Part shown: positions 39,555 through 49,525 of the stretch, in pieces
Layout of the letters: each line of letters begins with the position of its first letter
Position numbering within the stretch: the first letter of the stretch is position 1
NCBI GenBank assembly: GCA_900299325.1
Contig: OMJK01000068.1
Location: 1-51,536, forward strand
DNA: 51,536 nt
Reading direction: 5' to 3'
From: Nitrospiraceae bacterium
GTDB lineage: Bacteria > Nitrospirota > Nitrospiria > Nitrospirales > Nitrospiraceae
Made by a program: the position numbers and the translations under genes
The notes under the pieces: generated by a model
Told to the model about the DNA's origin: nothing
The model's database searches: none
What the model saw: the letters and a program-made list of their open reading frames with translations, nothing else

Positions 39555-42500
39555 ATGAATTTCTGGAGTCGGTCTCACAGTCTCCAGCAGAAGATCATCG
39601 CGGCTATCGTGATGGTCGGCCTCCTGCCTCTCAGCCTCTCGGTGCTGCTCACGTATCTCGAAGAACGGCGTACGCTCCGGGAAACCACCGGGGCGAGTTT
39701 CAAGGAAACAGCCGTGGAAGCGTCGCGCCGCATTGAAATGCACGTCATGCGCGGCGTGAACGAGGCGCAGCAGCTGGCCACGACCCCGTTCTTGCGGACC
39801 GCGGTGACTGAAGCGAACCGGACCTACGAGGGAAAGAACGAGGCCTCCATCGCGGCCATGATCAAGGACTGGCAGCGTCGCTGGCGGGAGCGCGAACGGC
39901 GAAGCGAGTTCCCGTTCTTCATCAACCGCATCGTCACCAATTACCTCATCCGCTGGCATGACATCCGGAAATCGGACTACGTCGGCATTCTGGTTACCGA
40001 TGCGCGCGGTGCATTGGTGGTCAGCTCGATCCCGCAAGTGGAGTATTTCTACGGGAAAACCGCCTGGTGGACGGCGGTGGTGAAATCGCCGGCGCCGCAG
40101 CCTTATGTCGGCGACATCGCCTTCGATCCCTCGTTCGGCACCCACGTCGTCATCGTGGCGGCGCCGATCCTCGAAGAAGGGCAGCGCGGGGTGATCGGTG
40201 CCGTCGCCATTCTCCTGCGGCGCGATACGCTGTTCCACTCGATCTCCGACGTCGCCGTCGGCTCGTCCGGTCACGCCATGCTGTTTGCCGCGGACGGCAC
40301 ACCGCTCATGTGTCCCGTGCTGTCTCCGGAGGAACATACCGTCCGTCCGGATTTCGTACGCACGATTGCCGGCGAGAAGGCGGGATGGGCGGTGGTGACC
40401 GACGATTCGCACGGCAGCCGCGAGGCGTTGATCGGGTTTGCCCCTGTCCGGTTCAGCGAGGCGCTCGCGTCGGGCAGCATGGGCGGCAAACAGTGGGTGA
40501 CAGTGGTGCGGCAGGATCCAAGCGAGACCTATGCCCCGCTGGCGCAGCTGGTGGCCATGGTGATGCTGTACGGCGCCGTGGTGCTGGCGGTGCTGTGGGG
40601 CATCGGACTGCTCGTCGCCCGTCGGATCGTCAGACCTATCAAAGTGTTGCACGACGGCGTGCAGGAAATCGGCAGCGGGCGGCTCGATCAGCAGCTGGAC
40701 ATTGCGACCGGCGACGAAATCGAACATCTGGCGGTCGGGTTCAACCGGATGGCGACGAATCTGAAGCAGTCCTTCGCCCAGATCGAACAACGGATGAGCG
40801 AGGTGCGCCGGCTGGAGGAGAAGTATCGCGACCTGATCGAGCACTCGCCGGAGATGATCTGCCAGCTGGATCGTGCGGGACAGTTCGTGCACGTCAATCA
40901 AACAGGGCTCGACAAGCTGGGTTATAGCCACGATGAGATGTTACGGATGCGGATCTGGGAGATCGTTCCGCACGACCGGGCGGCCGATGTGCTGGGTTAC
41001 CTGGAACGGCTGGTCGCGCAGGGCCGGAGCACGATTGAAACGGTGTTTCTCGCCAAGGATGGCCGCGCGGTCGACGTGGAGATGCATGCCACGGCCCTGT
41101 TCGACGAGGAGCGTGGCGGGCTTGTGCACTCGCGGGCATTCGTGCGGGACATTACAGAGCGCCGGCGGTTGGAGCAGGAACTGCAGCAGTACACGTCCAA
41201 TCTGGAAGTCGCCGTGTCCGAACGCACGCAGCAACTGGTGGCCTCGCAGGCGCGGTACAAGGCGCTCTTCGATCTGGTGGCCGATTCGGTGTTCATGGTG
41301 GATCCGCAGGGCACTATCGTGGCCGTCAACAAACGGGAGGAGCAGGCGCTGGGCTATACCGAAGCGGCGGTGGCGGGGCGCAGCGTGTTCGAGGTGGTGC
41401 TGCCGGCGTTTGCGGGCGGGTTGCGCAATCTTTTGCAAGAGCTGGCCGGCGGGCAGCGCCAGGTGCCGACGCACGAAATCGCCGTCCGGAGCGCGGCGGG
41501 TGTCGAGCTGCCGGTGGAAATGGACCTCATCCGTGTCGGCGATGCCGAGCGGCCGCTGGTGATGGTGCAGCTGCGCGACATCACGGACCGGAAGCGGCTG
41601 GAACGCCAGCTGCAATCCTACCGCGAAGAATTGGAAGTGAAAGTGCAGGAGCGCACGAAAGAAATCGAGGCCACCAAGCAGTATCTGGAAAACCTGCTCG
41701 AGAACGCGAACGACGTCATTTACACCCTGGACGCAGAGCAGCAGTTTACCTACGTGAACAGCAAGGTCGCCGCCTGGGGGTACCGCAAAGACGATTTGAT
41801 CGGGCGGCCGTATCTCTCGCTGCTTTCCAAGCGCCACCGGGGCCGCCGGCTCAAGAACACGCTCGACATCGGCGCGAAGCAGGTCTACGAGGTCGAGGTG
41901 GTTACGCGGACGGGCGAGGCCCGCTCTGTCATGGTAAGCGTGTCGCCGCTGCATGGGGCCGAAGGGGAAATCCTCGGCGTCCTCGGCATCGCGCGCGACA
42001 TGACCGACACGAAAAAACTCGAGCAGCAGATCCGCAGTTCGGAGAAGCTGGCGTCCGTCGGCAAGCTGGCGGCGGGCGTGGCGCACGAAATCAACAACCC
42101 GCTCGGCGGCATCCTGAACTGTCTCTACAACCTGAATAAGGGCACGCTCTCGGCGGCGCGGCGCGACGAATATCTCGCCTCCATGGAAGACGGCCTGCGC
42201 CGGGTGCAGAAGATCGTGCGCCAGCTGCTGGACTTTTCGCAGCAGCATCAGCCGGAATTCTCTCCGGCCGACATCAACCAGGTCATCGATCGCGTGCTGG
42301 TGCTCACGACCCATCTGTTCGCACCCAACCGGATCGTGCTGGACGCCGCGCTCGGCCATGCGCTGCCGAGCCTGATGATCGACCGCCACATGATCGAGCA
42401 GGTGCTGATGAATCTGATATTGAACGCCGTGCAGGCGATGAAGGACGGCGGACAGCTCTCCATCCGGACATTCGTCGAAGAAGGCGTTTGCATGGTCGAG

Positions 42501-42734
42501 GTGCGCGATACCGGATCCGGAATTCCCGCGTCCGTGCTGCCGAAAATTTTCGACCCCTTCTTCACGACAAAAGGCGAAGGGGAAGGAACCGGGTTGGGGC
42601 TGTCGGTCAGTCTCGGCATCGTCGAGCGGCACGGCGGGAAGATCCTGGTGGACAGTGAGGTCGGGAATGGCACGGTCTTTACGCTGTGCCTGCCGGTGTC
42701 GAGAGAGCGGCAACCGGTGGAGAAAGTGTCATGA
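39555..42734 (+). CDS. Sensor histidine kinase (Cache-like, HAMP, 3 PAS, HisKA, HATPase)
   Basis: Two TM flanking a periplasmic domain; DEIEHLAVGFNRM; three RDIT/RDMT PAS ends; AHEINNPL; FDPFFTTK, GTGLGL. Confidence 0.93.
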   Translation: MNFWSRSHSLQQKIIAAIVMVGLLPLSLSVLLTYLEERRTLRETTGASFKETAVEASRRIEMHVMRGVNEAQQLATTPFLRTAVTEANRTYEGKNEASIAAMIKDWQRRWRERERRSEFPFFINRIVTNYLIRWHDIRKSDYVGILVTDARGALVVSSIPQVEYFYGKTAWWTAVVKSPAPQPYVGDIAFDPSFGTHVVIVAAPILEEGQRGVIGAVAILLRRDTLFHSISDVAVGSSGHAMLFAADGTPLMCPVLSPEEHTVRPDFVRTIAGEKAGWAVVTDDSHGSREALIGFAPVRFSEALASGSMGGKQWVTVVRQDPSETYAPLAQLVAMVMLYGAVVLAVLWGIGLLVARRIVRPIKVLHDGVQEIGSGRLDQQLDIATGDEIEHLAVGFNRMATNLKQSFAQIEQRMSEVRRLEEKYRDLIEHSPEMICQLDRAGQFVHVNQTGLDKLGYSHDEMLRMRIWEIVPHDRAADVLGYLERLVAQGRSTIETVFLAKDGRAVDVEMHATALFDEERGGLVHSRAFVRDITERRRLEQELQQYTSNLEVAVSERTQQLVASQARYKALFDLVADSVFMVDPQGTIVAVNKREEQALGYTEAAVAGRSVFEVVLPAFAGGLRNLLQELAGGQRQVPTHEIAVRSAAGVELPVEMDLIRVGDAERPLVMVQLRDITDRKRLERQLQSYREELEVKVQERTKEIEATKQYLENLLENANDVIYTLDAEQQFTYVNSKVAAWGYRKDDLIGRPYLSLLSKRHRGRRLKNTLDIGAKQVYEVEVVTRTGEARSVMVSVSPLHGAEGEILGVLGIARDMTDTKKLEQQIRSSEKLASVGKLAAGVAHEINNPLGGILNCLYNLNKGTLSAARRDEYLASMEDGLRRVQKIVRQLLDFSQQHQPEFSPADINQVIDRVLVLTTHLFAPNRIVLDAALGHALPSLMIDRHMIEQVLMNLILNAVQAMKDGGQLSIRTFVEEGVCMVEVRDTGSGIPASVLPKIFDPFFTTKGEGEGTGLGLSVSLGIVERHGGKILVDSEVGNGTVFTLCLPVSRERQPVEKVS

Positions 42735-44182
42735 CGGCGCTGGCCATTCTCATCGTGGACGACGAGCCGCTCATGCGGCTGTCCATCGTCGATGCGCTGG
42801 AGGCGGTCGGGCATACGGTGCAGGCTGCGGCGTCCGGGACGGAAGGGATCGAGATGGTCACCCGGCGCACGTTCGACCTCGTCATCACCGATCTGCGCCT
42901 GCCGGGCGCCGACGGGCTGGCTGTGCTCAAAGAAGCCAAGGCGGCGCACCCCGAAACCGAGGTGGTGGTCATCACCGCCCACGGGTCGGTGGAAACGGCG
43001 GTCGGTGCCATGAAGCTGGGCGCGTTCGACTACATCACGAAGCCGTTTCAGATGGAGGAGTTGCTGTTGATTGTGGAGCGGGCCGGCACGGTCATCGCCT
43101 TGCGCCGCGAGAATCGGGATCTGAAAGATGCGCTGGAGGACAAGTTCTGCTTCGGCGGCATTCTCGGCGCCAACACGCGCATGCGCGCCGTGCTCGACAA
43201 GATCAAGCTCGTGGCGGCGACCGATTCGACCGTGCTCATACTCGGAGAGAGCGGCACCGGCAAGGAACTCGCCGCCAACGCGGTGCATCAGAACAGCCCC
43301 CGGCGCGACCATCCCCTCATCAAAGTCAGCTGCGCCGCCCTGCCGGAAACGCTGTTGGAGGCCGAGTTGTTCGGCCATGAAAAGGGCGCGTTCACCGGCG
43401 CGTTGCGCCAGCGGCGCGGCCGGTTCGAACTGGCGAATCGCGGGACACTGTTTCTCGACGAGATCGGTGAAATTTCGCCGCTGGTGCAGGTCAAATTATT
43501 GCGTGTGCTGCAGGAGCGCAAGTTCGAGCGGGTGGGCGGCAACGAAACCATCGAAGTGGATGTCCGGCTGGTCTGCGCGACGCAAAAGGATCTGCGGAAA
43601 GAAGTCGCGGCGGGCCGTTTCCGAGAAGATCTGTTCTACCGGCTCAACGTGGTGCAGGTGGTCATTCCGCCGTTGCGCGAGCGGCAGGAGGACGTCATGG
43701 TCATTGCCGACCATGTCCTGCAGACCTGCTCGGCGAAAATGGGGAAAAAGCTGCGAGGCTTCTCCCAGCCCGCGCGTGAGTTGCTGCTGCGGTACTCCTA
43801 TCCCGGCAACGTCCGCGAGCTGGAAAATATGGTCGAGCGCGCGGTGGCGCTGGGCCATGAGCGCGAATCGATTCAACCAGCCGACCTCTGCGGATTTCAG
43901 TCCTGCCCGTATCTGGACGGCGCGCCGCAGGACTCCTGCGGATTTTGCAGCGAGGGCCTGACGCTCGGCAGCAAGAAAAAAGAGGCGCCCCTCACCGCGC
44001 TGGCCACGGCGCGGGAGGGGTTCGAGAAAGATTATATCGTGTCGGTGCTGGAGCGGGTCGACGGGAACCGCACCACAGCGTCGAAGATTCTCGGCCTGTC
44101 GCGCAAAGCGCTGTGGGAGAAGTGTAAACGCTACGGCATTCCCTCCGCGCGGGAAGAGGCCGACGAGGAAGAACGCACCTGA
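42731..44182 (+). CDS. Sigma-54-dependent response regulator (NtrC family)
   Basis: REC; GESGTGKE, GAFTGA, LFLDEIG, FREDLFYRLNV, PGNVRELEN; Fis-type HTH. Confidence 0.95.
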   Translation: MTALAILIVDDEPLMRLSIVDALEAVGHTVQAAASGTEGIEMVTRRTFDLVITDLRLPGADGLAVLKEAKAAHPETEVVVITAHGSVETAVGAMKLGAFDYITKPFQMEELLLIVERAGTVIALRRENRDLKDALEDKFCFGGILGANTRMRAVLDKIKLVAATDSTVLILGESGTGKELAANAVHQNSPRRDHPLIKVSCAALPETLLEAELFGHEKGAFTGALRQRRGRFELANRGTLFLDEIGEISPLVQVKLLRVLQERKFERVGGNETIEVDVRLVCATQKDLRKEVAAGRFREDLFYRLNVVQVVIPPLRERQEDVMVIADHVLQTCSAKMGKKLRGFSQPARELLLRYSYPGNVRELENMVERAVALGHERESIQPADLCGFQSCPYLDGAPQDSCGFCSEGLTLGSKKKEAPLTALATAREGFEKDYIVSVLERVDGNRTTASKILGLSRKALWEKCKRYGIPSAREEADEEERT

Positions 44183-45471
44183 AACCCCGCGAACCGCTGC
44201 TCCCGCTGTATATCCAGGTCCTGATCGCCGTGTGGTGCGGCGCGCTGCTCGGTGTGCTCTTCGGGCAGGAACCGTATCTCGGCGGTGTGCGCAACGAGCA
44301 GTTGGGCCAACTCGGTCTGCTGGTCGTGTGGCTTCTCAAGACGCTTGCCATCCCGCTCATTTTCTTCGCGATCCTCGATTCATTCATCCGCACCAGCCTG
44401 CCGCTTCGCAAAGGAGCCAAGCTGCTCGGCATCTGCCTGATCAACGTGTCCGTCGCCATGCTGATCGGCCTGGCCATCATGAACAGCTGGCAGCCGGGCC
44501 GTTCCTGGTACGGCCGTGTCGACGAGCTGCTGCACCTCGTGCCCGGTACCAGGCCCACGATAACATTTACGCCGTCGGAGCATCCTCTGGAGGATCTGCT
44601 GGCCTACATTCCCCGTACCCTCGCCGATCCGTTTTCGAGCCATAACATTATCGGCGTCGTGCTGGTGGCTCTCGTGCTCGGCGCGGTGTTGCGATGGAGC
44701 CATACGAGAACGGGTCGCGGAGCTGGACCGGTCGATCAGATTGTACGGGGCGTCGAGCGAATCTATGTGTGGCTGGTGACGATTCTCTGGTGGATCATCC
44801 TGGCGGTGCCCTTCGCGGTGTTCGGGGTGGTCGCGCAGGTCGTCGGCAAGTCCGGTCTCGGCGTCTTTTCCATCCTTGGGACGTTTCTTGCGGCCATGCT
44901 GCTGGGGCTCACCCTCCATGCATTCGTCTACTATCCGCTGGCCGCTTGGCTCGTCGGGAAGATCCCGCCGAAGGTATATGTAGGGCAGGGGATGGATGCC
45001 ATCACGACGGCGGTCTCCTGCAACAGCAGCCTGGCCACGGTGCCGGTGACGTTACGCTGCTTGGAGCGCATGCGGGTGTCAGTCCAATCGGCCCGCCTGG
45101 CCGCCTGTGTCGGCACGAATCTCAACAACGACGGCATCACACTCTACGAAGCGATGGCGGCGCTCTTTCTTGCTCAGGCGCTGGGTTTCGACCTGCCGAT
45201 GTCCAAGCAGATCGTGGTGGTCGTGGCGTCCATCATCGCGGGCGCCGGCGTGGCCGGCATTCCGGAAGCGGGGATGATCGTTCTGCCGCTGGTGCTGTCG
45301 GCGGCCGGGCTGCCGGACCAGGTCATTCTGGCGGCCATTCCTCTCATCATGACGGTGGATTGGATTATCGCCCGCGCCCGCTCCGGCGTAAACGTCATGA
45401 GCGACATGCTCGTGGCCATTCTGCTCGATGCCGGCCGTACCCGCTCCGCGTCGCACACCGCACGTCGCTAG
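44179..45471 (+). CDS. Dicarboxylate/amino acid:cation symporter (DAACS)
   Basis: LYIQVLIAV, SSLATVP, GTNLNNDG, GVAGIP, VDWII.R.RSGVNV.SD; start uncertain (CTG 44179 proposed, GTG 44230 in ORF track). Confidence 0.88.
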   Translation: MKPREPLLPLYIQVLIAVWCGALLGVLFGQEPYLGGVRNEQLGQLGLLVVWLLKTLAIPLIFFAILDSFIRTSLPLRKGAKLLGICLINVSVAMLIGLAIMNSWQPGRSWYGRVDELLHLVPGTRPTITFTPSEHPLEDLLAYIPRTLADPFSSHNIIGVVLVALVLGAVLRWSHTRTGRGAGPVDQIVRGVERIYVWLVTILWWIILAVPFAVFGVVAQVVGKSGLGVFSILGTFLAAMLLGLTLHAFVYYPLAAWLVGKIPPKVYVGQGMDAITTAVSCNSSLATVPVTLRCLERMRVSVQSARLAACVGTNLNNDGITLYEAMAALFLAQALGFDLPMSKQIVVVVASIIAGAGVAGIPEAGMIVLPLVLSAAGLPDQVILAAIPLIMTVDWIIARARSGVNVMSDMLVAILLDAGRTRSASHTARR

Positions 45472-45604
45472 CGATCTGCGCTTCGATACCCGGCACGCAG
45501 GCATCATCTTCCTGTCGGAGCTGCCGGCCCGGCTTGCGCCGGTTGCGTTCCGGCGGGTAGGCTGATTCCGATCGGTCAATCATGTGATCACAGGAGGGAC
45601 GCAC

Positions 45605-46336
45605 ATGCCGTGGGTCGTACTGCTGATGGCGCTGTGGGCACTTCCGTTCACCGCGCATGCGCATGACGAGACGAAGTCGGAGACGCCGACGTTGACGGTG
45701 AGCGCCACCGGCAGCCTCGCGCAATCGCCGGACACGGTGTTTGTCACATTCGGCATGGAGACGGCGGCCAAATCGCTGGCCGAGGCGCAGCGCCAGAATA
45801 ATGCCGTCATGCAGAAAGTCGCGGATCGTTTACGCGAATTGCAGATCGACAAGGAGCGCATTCAGACGTCGTCCTTCACCGTGTCGCCGCAATACAAGCC
45901 GCCGCCCAAGCGTCCGGCCGATACGCCGCCGGCTCCCCCGGAGATCATCGGGTATGTGATCAGCAATACGATCACGGTCGAAGTGCGGAATCTCGAGAAG
46001 GTCGGGACCGTGATCGAGGAGGCGTTGAACGCAGGCGTCAATCATTTTCAGGGGCTGCACTGGGCGCTGCGCGACGAACAGCCGGCCAGACTCGCGGCGA
46101 TCAAAAACGCCGCCGCCAAAGCGCGCGAAAAAGCGGCGGCGCTCGGTGAAGCGTTGCGCGTGAAGCTTGTGCGGGTGCTGACGGTGAACGAGGGGAGTCA
46201 CGTTGTGCGGCCGGCGCCGCACGCCGGTCGGGCGATGATGGCAATGGACGCAGGCGGTGGCGAGCCGCCGATCTTCTCGGGCGAAATGAAAATCGAAGCG
46301 ACCGTGACGCTCGTCTACGAAATCGCGCCGAATTAA
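45605..46336 (+). CDS. SIMPL (DUF541) periplasmic protein
   Basis: LTVSATG, PD, IQTSSFTVSPQY, GYVISN, A...AREKA, VTLVY; AGGAGG RBS. Confidence 0.9.
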   Translation: MPWVVLLMALWALPFTAHAHDETKSETPTLTVSATGSLAQSPDTVFVTFGMETAAKSLAEAQRQNNAVMQKVADRLRELQIDKERIQTSSFTVSPQYKPPPKRPADTPPAPPEIIGYVISNTITVEVRNLEKVGTVIEEALNAGVNHFQGLHWALRDEQPARLAAIKNAAAKAREKAAALGEALRVKLVRVLTVNEGSHVVRPAPHAGRAMMAMDAGGGEPPIFSGEMKIEATVTLVYEIAPN

Positions 46337-46376
46337 GTTTGCTTAGCGCGCCTCGGCTGCTTGTTCAGGAGAAGGG

Positions 46377-46628
46377 ATGAGATTCGTTGCCGTGATCGGA
46401 ATGATGGTGATGCTGCACGGATGCTCCGTTGCGCCTAAAGTCAAAGACTCCAGCGAAAATCATGTGACCATCGAGTCCTATTCGATGAATACCGAGAAAT
46501 CCAAGCAACTCGCCGATACGGAGTGCGCCCGGTACAACCGCCGGGCGCAGATGGTGTATCAGCCGACCTCTCACGGGGGCACGAGCATCGAGGACGAGCG
46601 GGACTATGTGTTTGCCTGTGTCGATTAA
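46377..46628 (+). CDS. Small putative lipoprotein
   Basis: Lipobox LHGC; two further Cys. Confidence 0.65.
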   Translation: MRFVAVIGMMVMLHGCSVAPKVKDSSENHVTIESYSMNTEKSKQLADTECARYNRRAQMVYQPTSHGGTSIEDERDYVFACVD

Positions 46629-46671
46629 GAAGCCGGGGCGTGTGATGCGGTAACGCGCCGTTCTTCCCGCA

Positions 46672-47046
46672 CTATTCCACCACCAGCGTTCCCGTCATGT
46701 TTGCGTGGCCTTTGCGCCGGCAGATGTAGAGATACGTGCCGGGCGGGGGCGCCATGACGAGTCGGATGGATTGGCCCGGCTCGATGACGATGCCGGGACC
46801 GTCTGATTTTCCGGTCGATGGCGGTTTGGCGGCATAGGCGAGGGTCGGACTGTCGAACTCGTGGACTTCGCGCCCGGCGTTGTACACTTACAGGGCAATC
46901 GGTGCGGTCGAAGAGACGCGCACGAAGTCCGGCGCGAAACGGAAGTCTTCAGCGGTGAGCGAAACGGTGTGCGGGCGGTCGCAGGATGTCAGATTGAGAA
47001 GGACTGTCAGCGAGAGACTGAGCGCAAGGACCTGCCCGCTCGGCAT
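46672..47046 (-). pseudogene. Cupredoxin-like lipoprotein interrupted by an in-frame TAA
   Basis: ATG 47046 MPSG..LTSC..EDFRFAPD..PIAL*VYNAGREVHEF..PGTYLYICRRKGHANMTG; stop at 46890-46888. Confidence 0.75.
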
Positions 47047-47092
47047 AACGAGGAGAACGGTCCGGCGTTCCGAGGCGAACGGATTCGCCTCG

Positions 47093-48193
47093 CTAGACGT
47101 CCGCTTGGGGGCCGCCTTCCCAGAGCTTGATCGTGCGGTCCCAGGAGGCGCTGGCCAGCCGTTTGCCGTCCGGCGAGAAGGCGACGCAGCGGACGCCGGC
47201 GGTGTGGCTCTTCACGGTCCGGAAGTTCCGGCCGGTGGCGAGATCCCAGAATTTGATCGTGTTGTCGTCACCCGCGCTGACGAGTACCTTGCCGTCCGGC
47301 GAGACGATGAGGCTGCGGACCCAGCCGGCGTGGCCCGTGAGCGCTTTCTTCTCGACGACGGTGGGCATCTCGAACAGTTTGATCGTCTTGTCCCGGCTGC
47401 CGGTGATGAGTGTTTTGCCGTCCGGCGTGAACGCCATCGCGCCGATCCAATAGTCCATCGGTTTCTGGAAGCCGCCGTCGTCCTCGACGAAATAGCCGCG
47501 CGTCTCCGTGGTGTCGTCCTCGTTTTTCCGCCAGTGCCCGTCGTGCAGCACCTTTTCCTCGCCGCTCGGCAAGACTTCCCAGATCTTGATCTTGCCGATG
47601 TCGGTGCCGCTGGCCAGGTGGATACCGTCCGGTGAAAAGGCGACGCAGACGGACCAGTGATGGTCGTACTGGTCCTTGCCGAGGAGCGTCATGAGCTCGG
47701 TGCCGGTGGTGACTTCCCAGATTTTGATGTCCTTGTTGTGGCTGCCGCGGGCCAGCATCAGCCCGTCGGGCGAGAGGGACAGGCTGCACACGTTGTGGTC
47801 GTAGCGGGTGAAGAGGAGCTTGGTCGGCTCGCCGGTCTTCGGATTCCACAGCCGGATCGTCCGGTCTTCGCTGCCGGTGGCCATGGTCTGCCCGTCTGCC
47901 GTGAACACGATGGCGCGGATATCGTTGGTATGCCCGCGCAGCGAGCGTAACAGCCGGCCGGTTTCAATGTCCCACACGCGCACCAGCCGCTCGGCGCCGC
48001 CGCTGGCAAGGGTCAACCCGTCCGGAGAAAAGGCCACGGTCCAGACCCCGTGCGAATGGCCGCGAAAGGTCTTCACGTCGCGGCAGCCCGCCTTCCAGTA
48101 TTCCAGAAAATCGACCGGCGGCTCCGGCGTTGTGCCGGGTGGCAGGCCCGGGAGCGCGCCCGGCATCGGCGGGGTCATCGTGTGTTCCGGCAT
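47093..48193 (-). CDS. WD40-repeat beta-propeller protein
   Basis: About 7 GH..V..VAFSPDG..LASG..D.TI.LW repeats. Confidence 0.95.
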   Translation of the reverse strand: MPEHTMTPPMPGALPGLPPGTTPEPPVDFLEYWKAGCRDVKTFRGHSHGVWTVAFSPDGLTLASGGAERLVRVWDIETGRLLRSLRGHTNDIRAIVFTADGQTMATGSEDRTIRLWNPKTGEPTKLLFTRYDHNVCSLSLSPDGLMLARGSHNKDIKIWEVTTGTELMTLLGKDQYDHHWSVCVAFSPDGIHLASGTDIGKIKIWEVLPSGEEKVLHDGHWRKNEDDTTETRGYFVEDDGGFQKPMDYWIGAMAFTPDGKTLITGSRDKTIKLFEMPTVVEKKALTGHAGWVRSLIVSPDGKVLVSAGDDNTIKFWDLATGRNFRTVKSHTAGVRCVAFSPDGKRLASASWDRTIKLWEGGPQADV

Positions 48194-48236
48194 GAGGTCC
48201 GTTCCTTACTCGGGGTCTGGCGTCGCCGACCCTTGA

Positions 48237-48266
48237 TTGCAAATCGTTTTTTCCGGCCAGTATAAT
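48237..48266 (+). promoter_or_regulatory. Putative sigma-70 promoter
   Basis: TTGCAA-18 nt-TATAAT in the divergent intergenic region. Confidence 0.5.
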
Positions 48267-48377
48267 TCGGCCGAACGGCTGATCGTAAGAGATGCTCAGC
48301 AGCCAAGTCAAGACGGCTCTGGGCGCGGGTCGGCCTCCTAATTATAGGCGCCATTTTCACGATTCGAGGCCCAGCCC

Positions 48378-49376
48378 ATGGAAATCCGGTTTCAGCCCGC
48401 ATTGCTGCAGGAAGTCATCGACTCCTTTGTCGAGAAGACCGAACGGGAAGGCGACCCCACCTATTATAAGGAGTTCCACGAGCACGCCGACCCCATCTAC
48501 GAGAAGTTCATCCTGGAGGACCGGGAAGGCGAGTTCAAAAAGCTCTATCAGTACCTCTTCGGCACCTGGGGGTTTTCCGACATCATCCGCGACTCGTTCA
48601 ACGAGTATCCGTTGCTTAAGGAAAGGGTCGGCATCGTGCTGGTCAAGGGTGTGCTGAAGGAGGACCAGGAAGGTGTCGACATTCTGCGCAAGTGGGGCTC
48701 GGTCGAGCAGGAGATGGCCCGGCAGTTCGAAGAAAAGGGCATGAAGGGCGTGGGCATCAAGTTGATTCCGCGCCGCTTCTACGATCCCGCGCTCACGCGC
48801 TACTGCCGGCACGAGCTCATGCACATCTCCGACATGCTGGATCCGGTCTTCGGATACGATCCGGACACGAAAGTCGGGCAGAACCCCGGCGAAGAAACCC
48901 TGATCCTCCAGCGCTACCGCGTGCTCTGGAGTTTGAGCGTGGATAGCCGGCTGGTGGCGGCGGGGAAAGAGCCGATGCTCGACAAAGAATCCCGCTTCAA
49001 AGAATTCCGTTCCTGGTACCGCAAAATTCCGCCGCCGCAGCTCAAGTCGGTGTTCGAAGGCTTGTGGCAGACGTCCTATTTCACGCACTCCGAGTTGATC
49101 GAAATGGCGACCGACACGCTGCGCGTCATGGACCGTGCGGTCGACGTCGAGGGCGGCGAGCTGCCGGAAACCGAAAACAAGATCATGCTCATGCCGGGCT
49201 TCCCGTGCCCGCTGTGCCGCTTCCCGACCTATTCGTGGGTGGAAGACATGATCAACAAGATCGAGCCCTACGTGCTCGACTTCATCCGCGAAAACCATCC
49301 GGGCTGGGATGTGGAATTCGGTGCGTGCGACCGCTGCGTGGAAGTCTATAAGTTGCGCGCAGACGGAGTGATGTAA
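48378..49376 (+). CDS. Hypothetical protein with HExxH and C-terminal CxxC...CxxC
   Basis: RHELMHISD; CPLC and CDRC; host-like codon usage. Confidence 0.8.
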   Translation: MEIRFQPALLQEVIDSFVEKTEREGDPTYYKEFHEHADPIYEKFILEDREGEFKKLYQYLFGTWGFSDIIRDSFNEYPLLKERVGIVLVKGVLKEDQEGVDILRKWGSVEQEMARQFEEKGMKGVGIKLIPRRFYDPALTRYCRHELMHISDMLDPVFGYDPDTKVGQNPGEETLILQRYRVLWSLSVDSRLVAAGKEPMLDKESRFKEFRSWYRKIPPPQLKSVFEGLWQTSYFTHSELIEMATDTLRVMDRAVDVEGGELPETENKIMLMPGFPCPLCRFPTYSWVEDMINKIEPYVLDFIRENHPGWDVEFGACDRCVEVYKLRADGVM

Positions 49377-49378
49377 CG

Positions 49379-49501
49379 GCAGATGGTGAAAATGCCTGCC
49401 AGCTTCGTTCTCGCATCGCTCAAGGTCTTCACGTACTGAGAAACGTACGCGTCGGCCGTTCGCTCGCTGCGGCCTTGCTGGCCGACATTTTGACCATCTG
49501 C
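49379..49501. repeat. ~125 bp palindromic dispersed repeat, copy 2
   Basis: Terminal IR GCAGATGGTGAAAATG / CATTTTGACCATCTGC; shared TCGTTCTCG, ACGTAC..ACGTACGC, CTGCGGCCTTGCTG. Confidence 0.8.
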
Positions 49502-49525
49502 TCGGAACGATGACCAACGAAAACC

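Noticed and set aside
48233-48246. FNR-like box TTGATTGCAAATCG
   Set aside because: Right half does not match ATCAA; better explained as a -35 element
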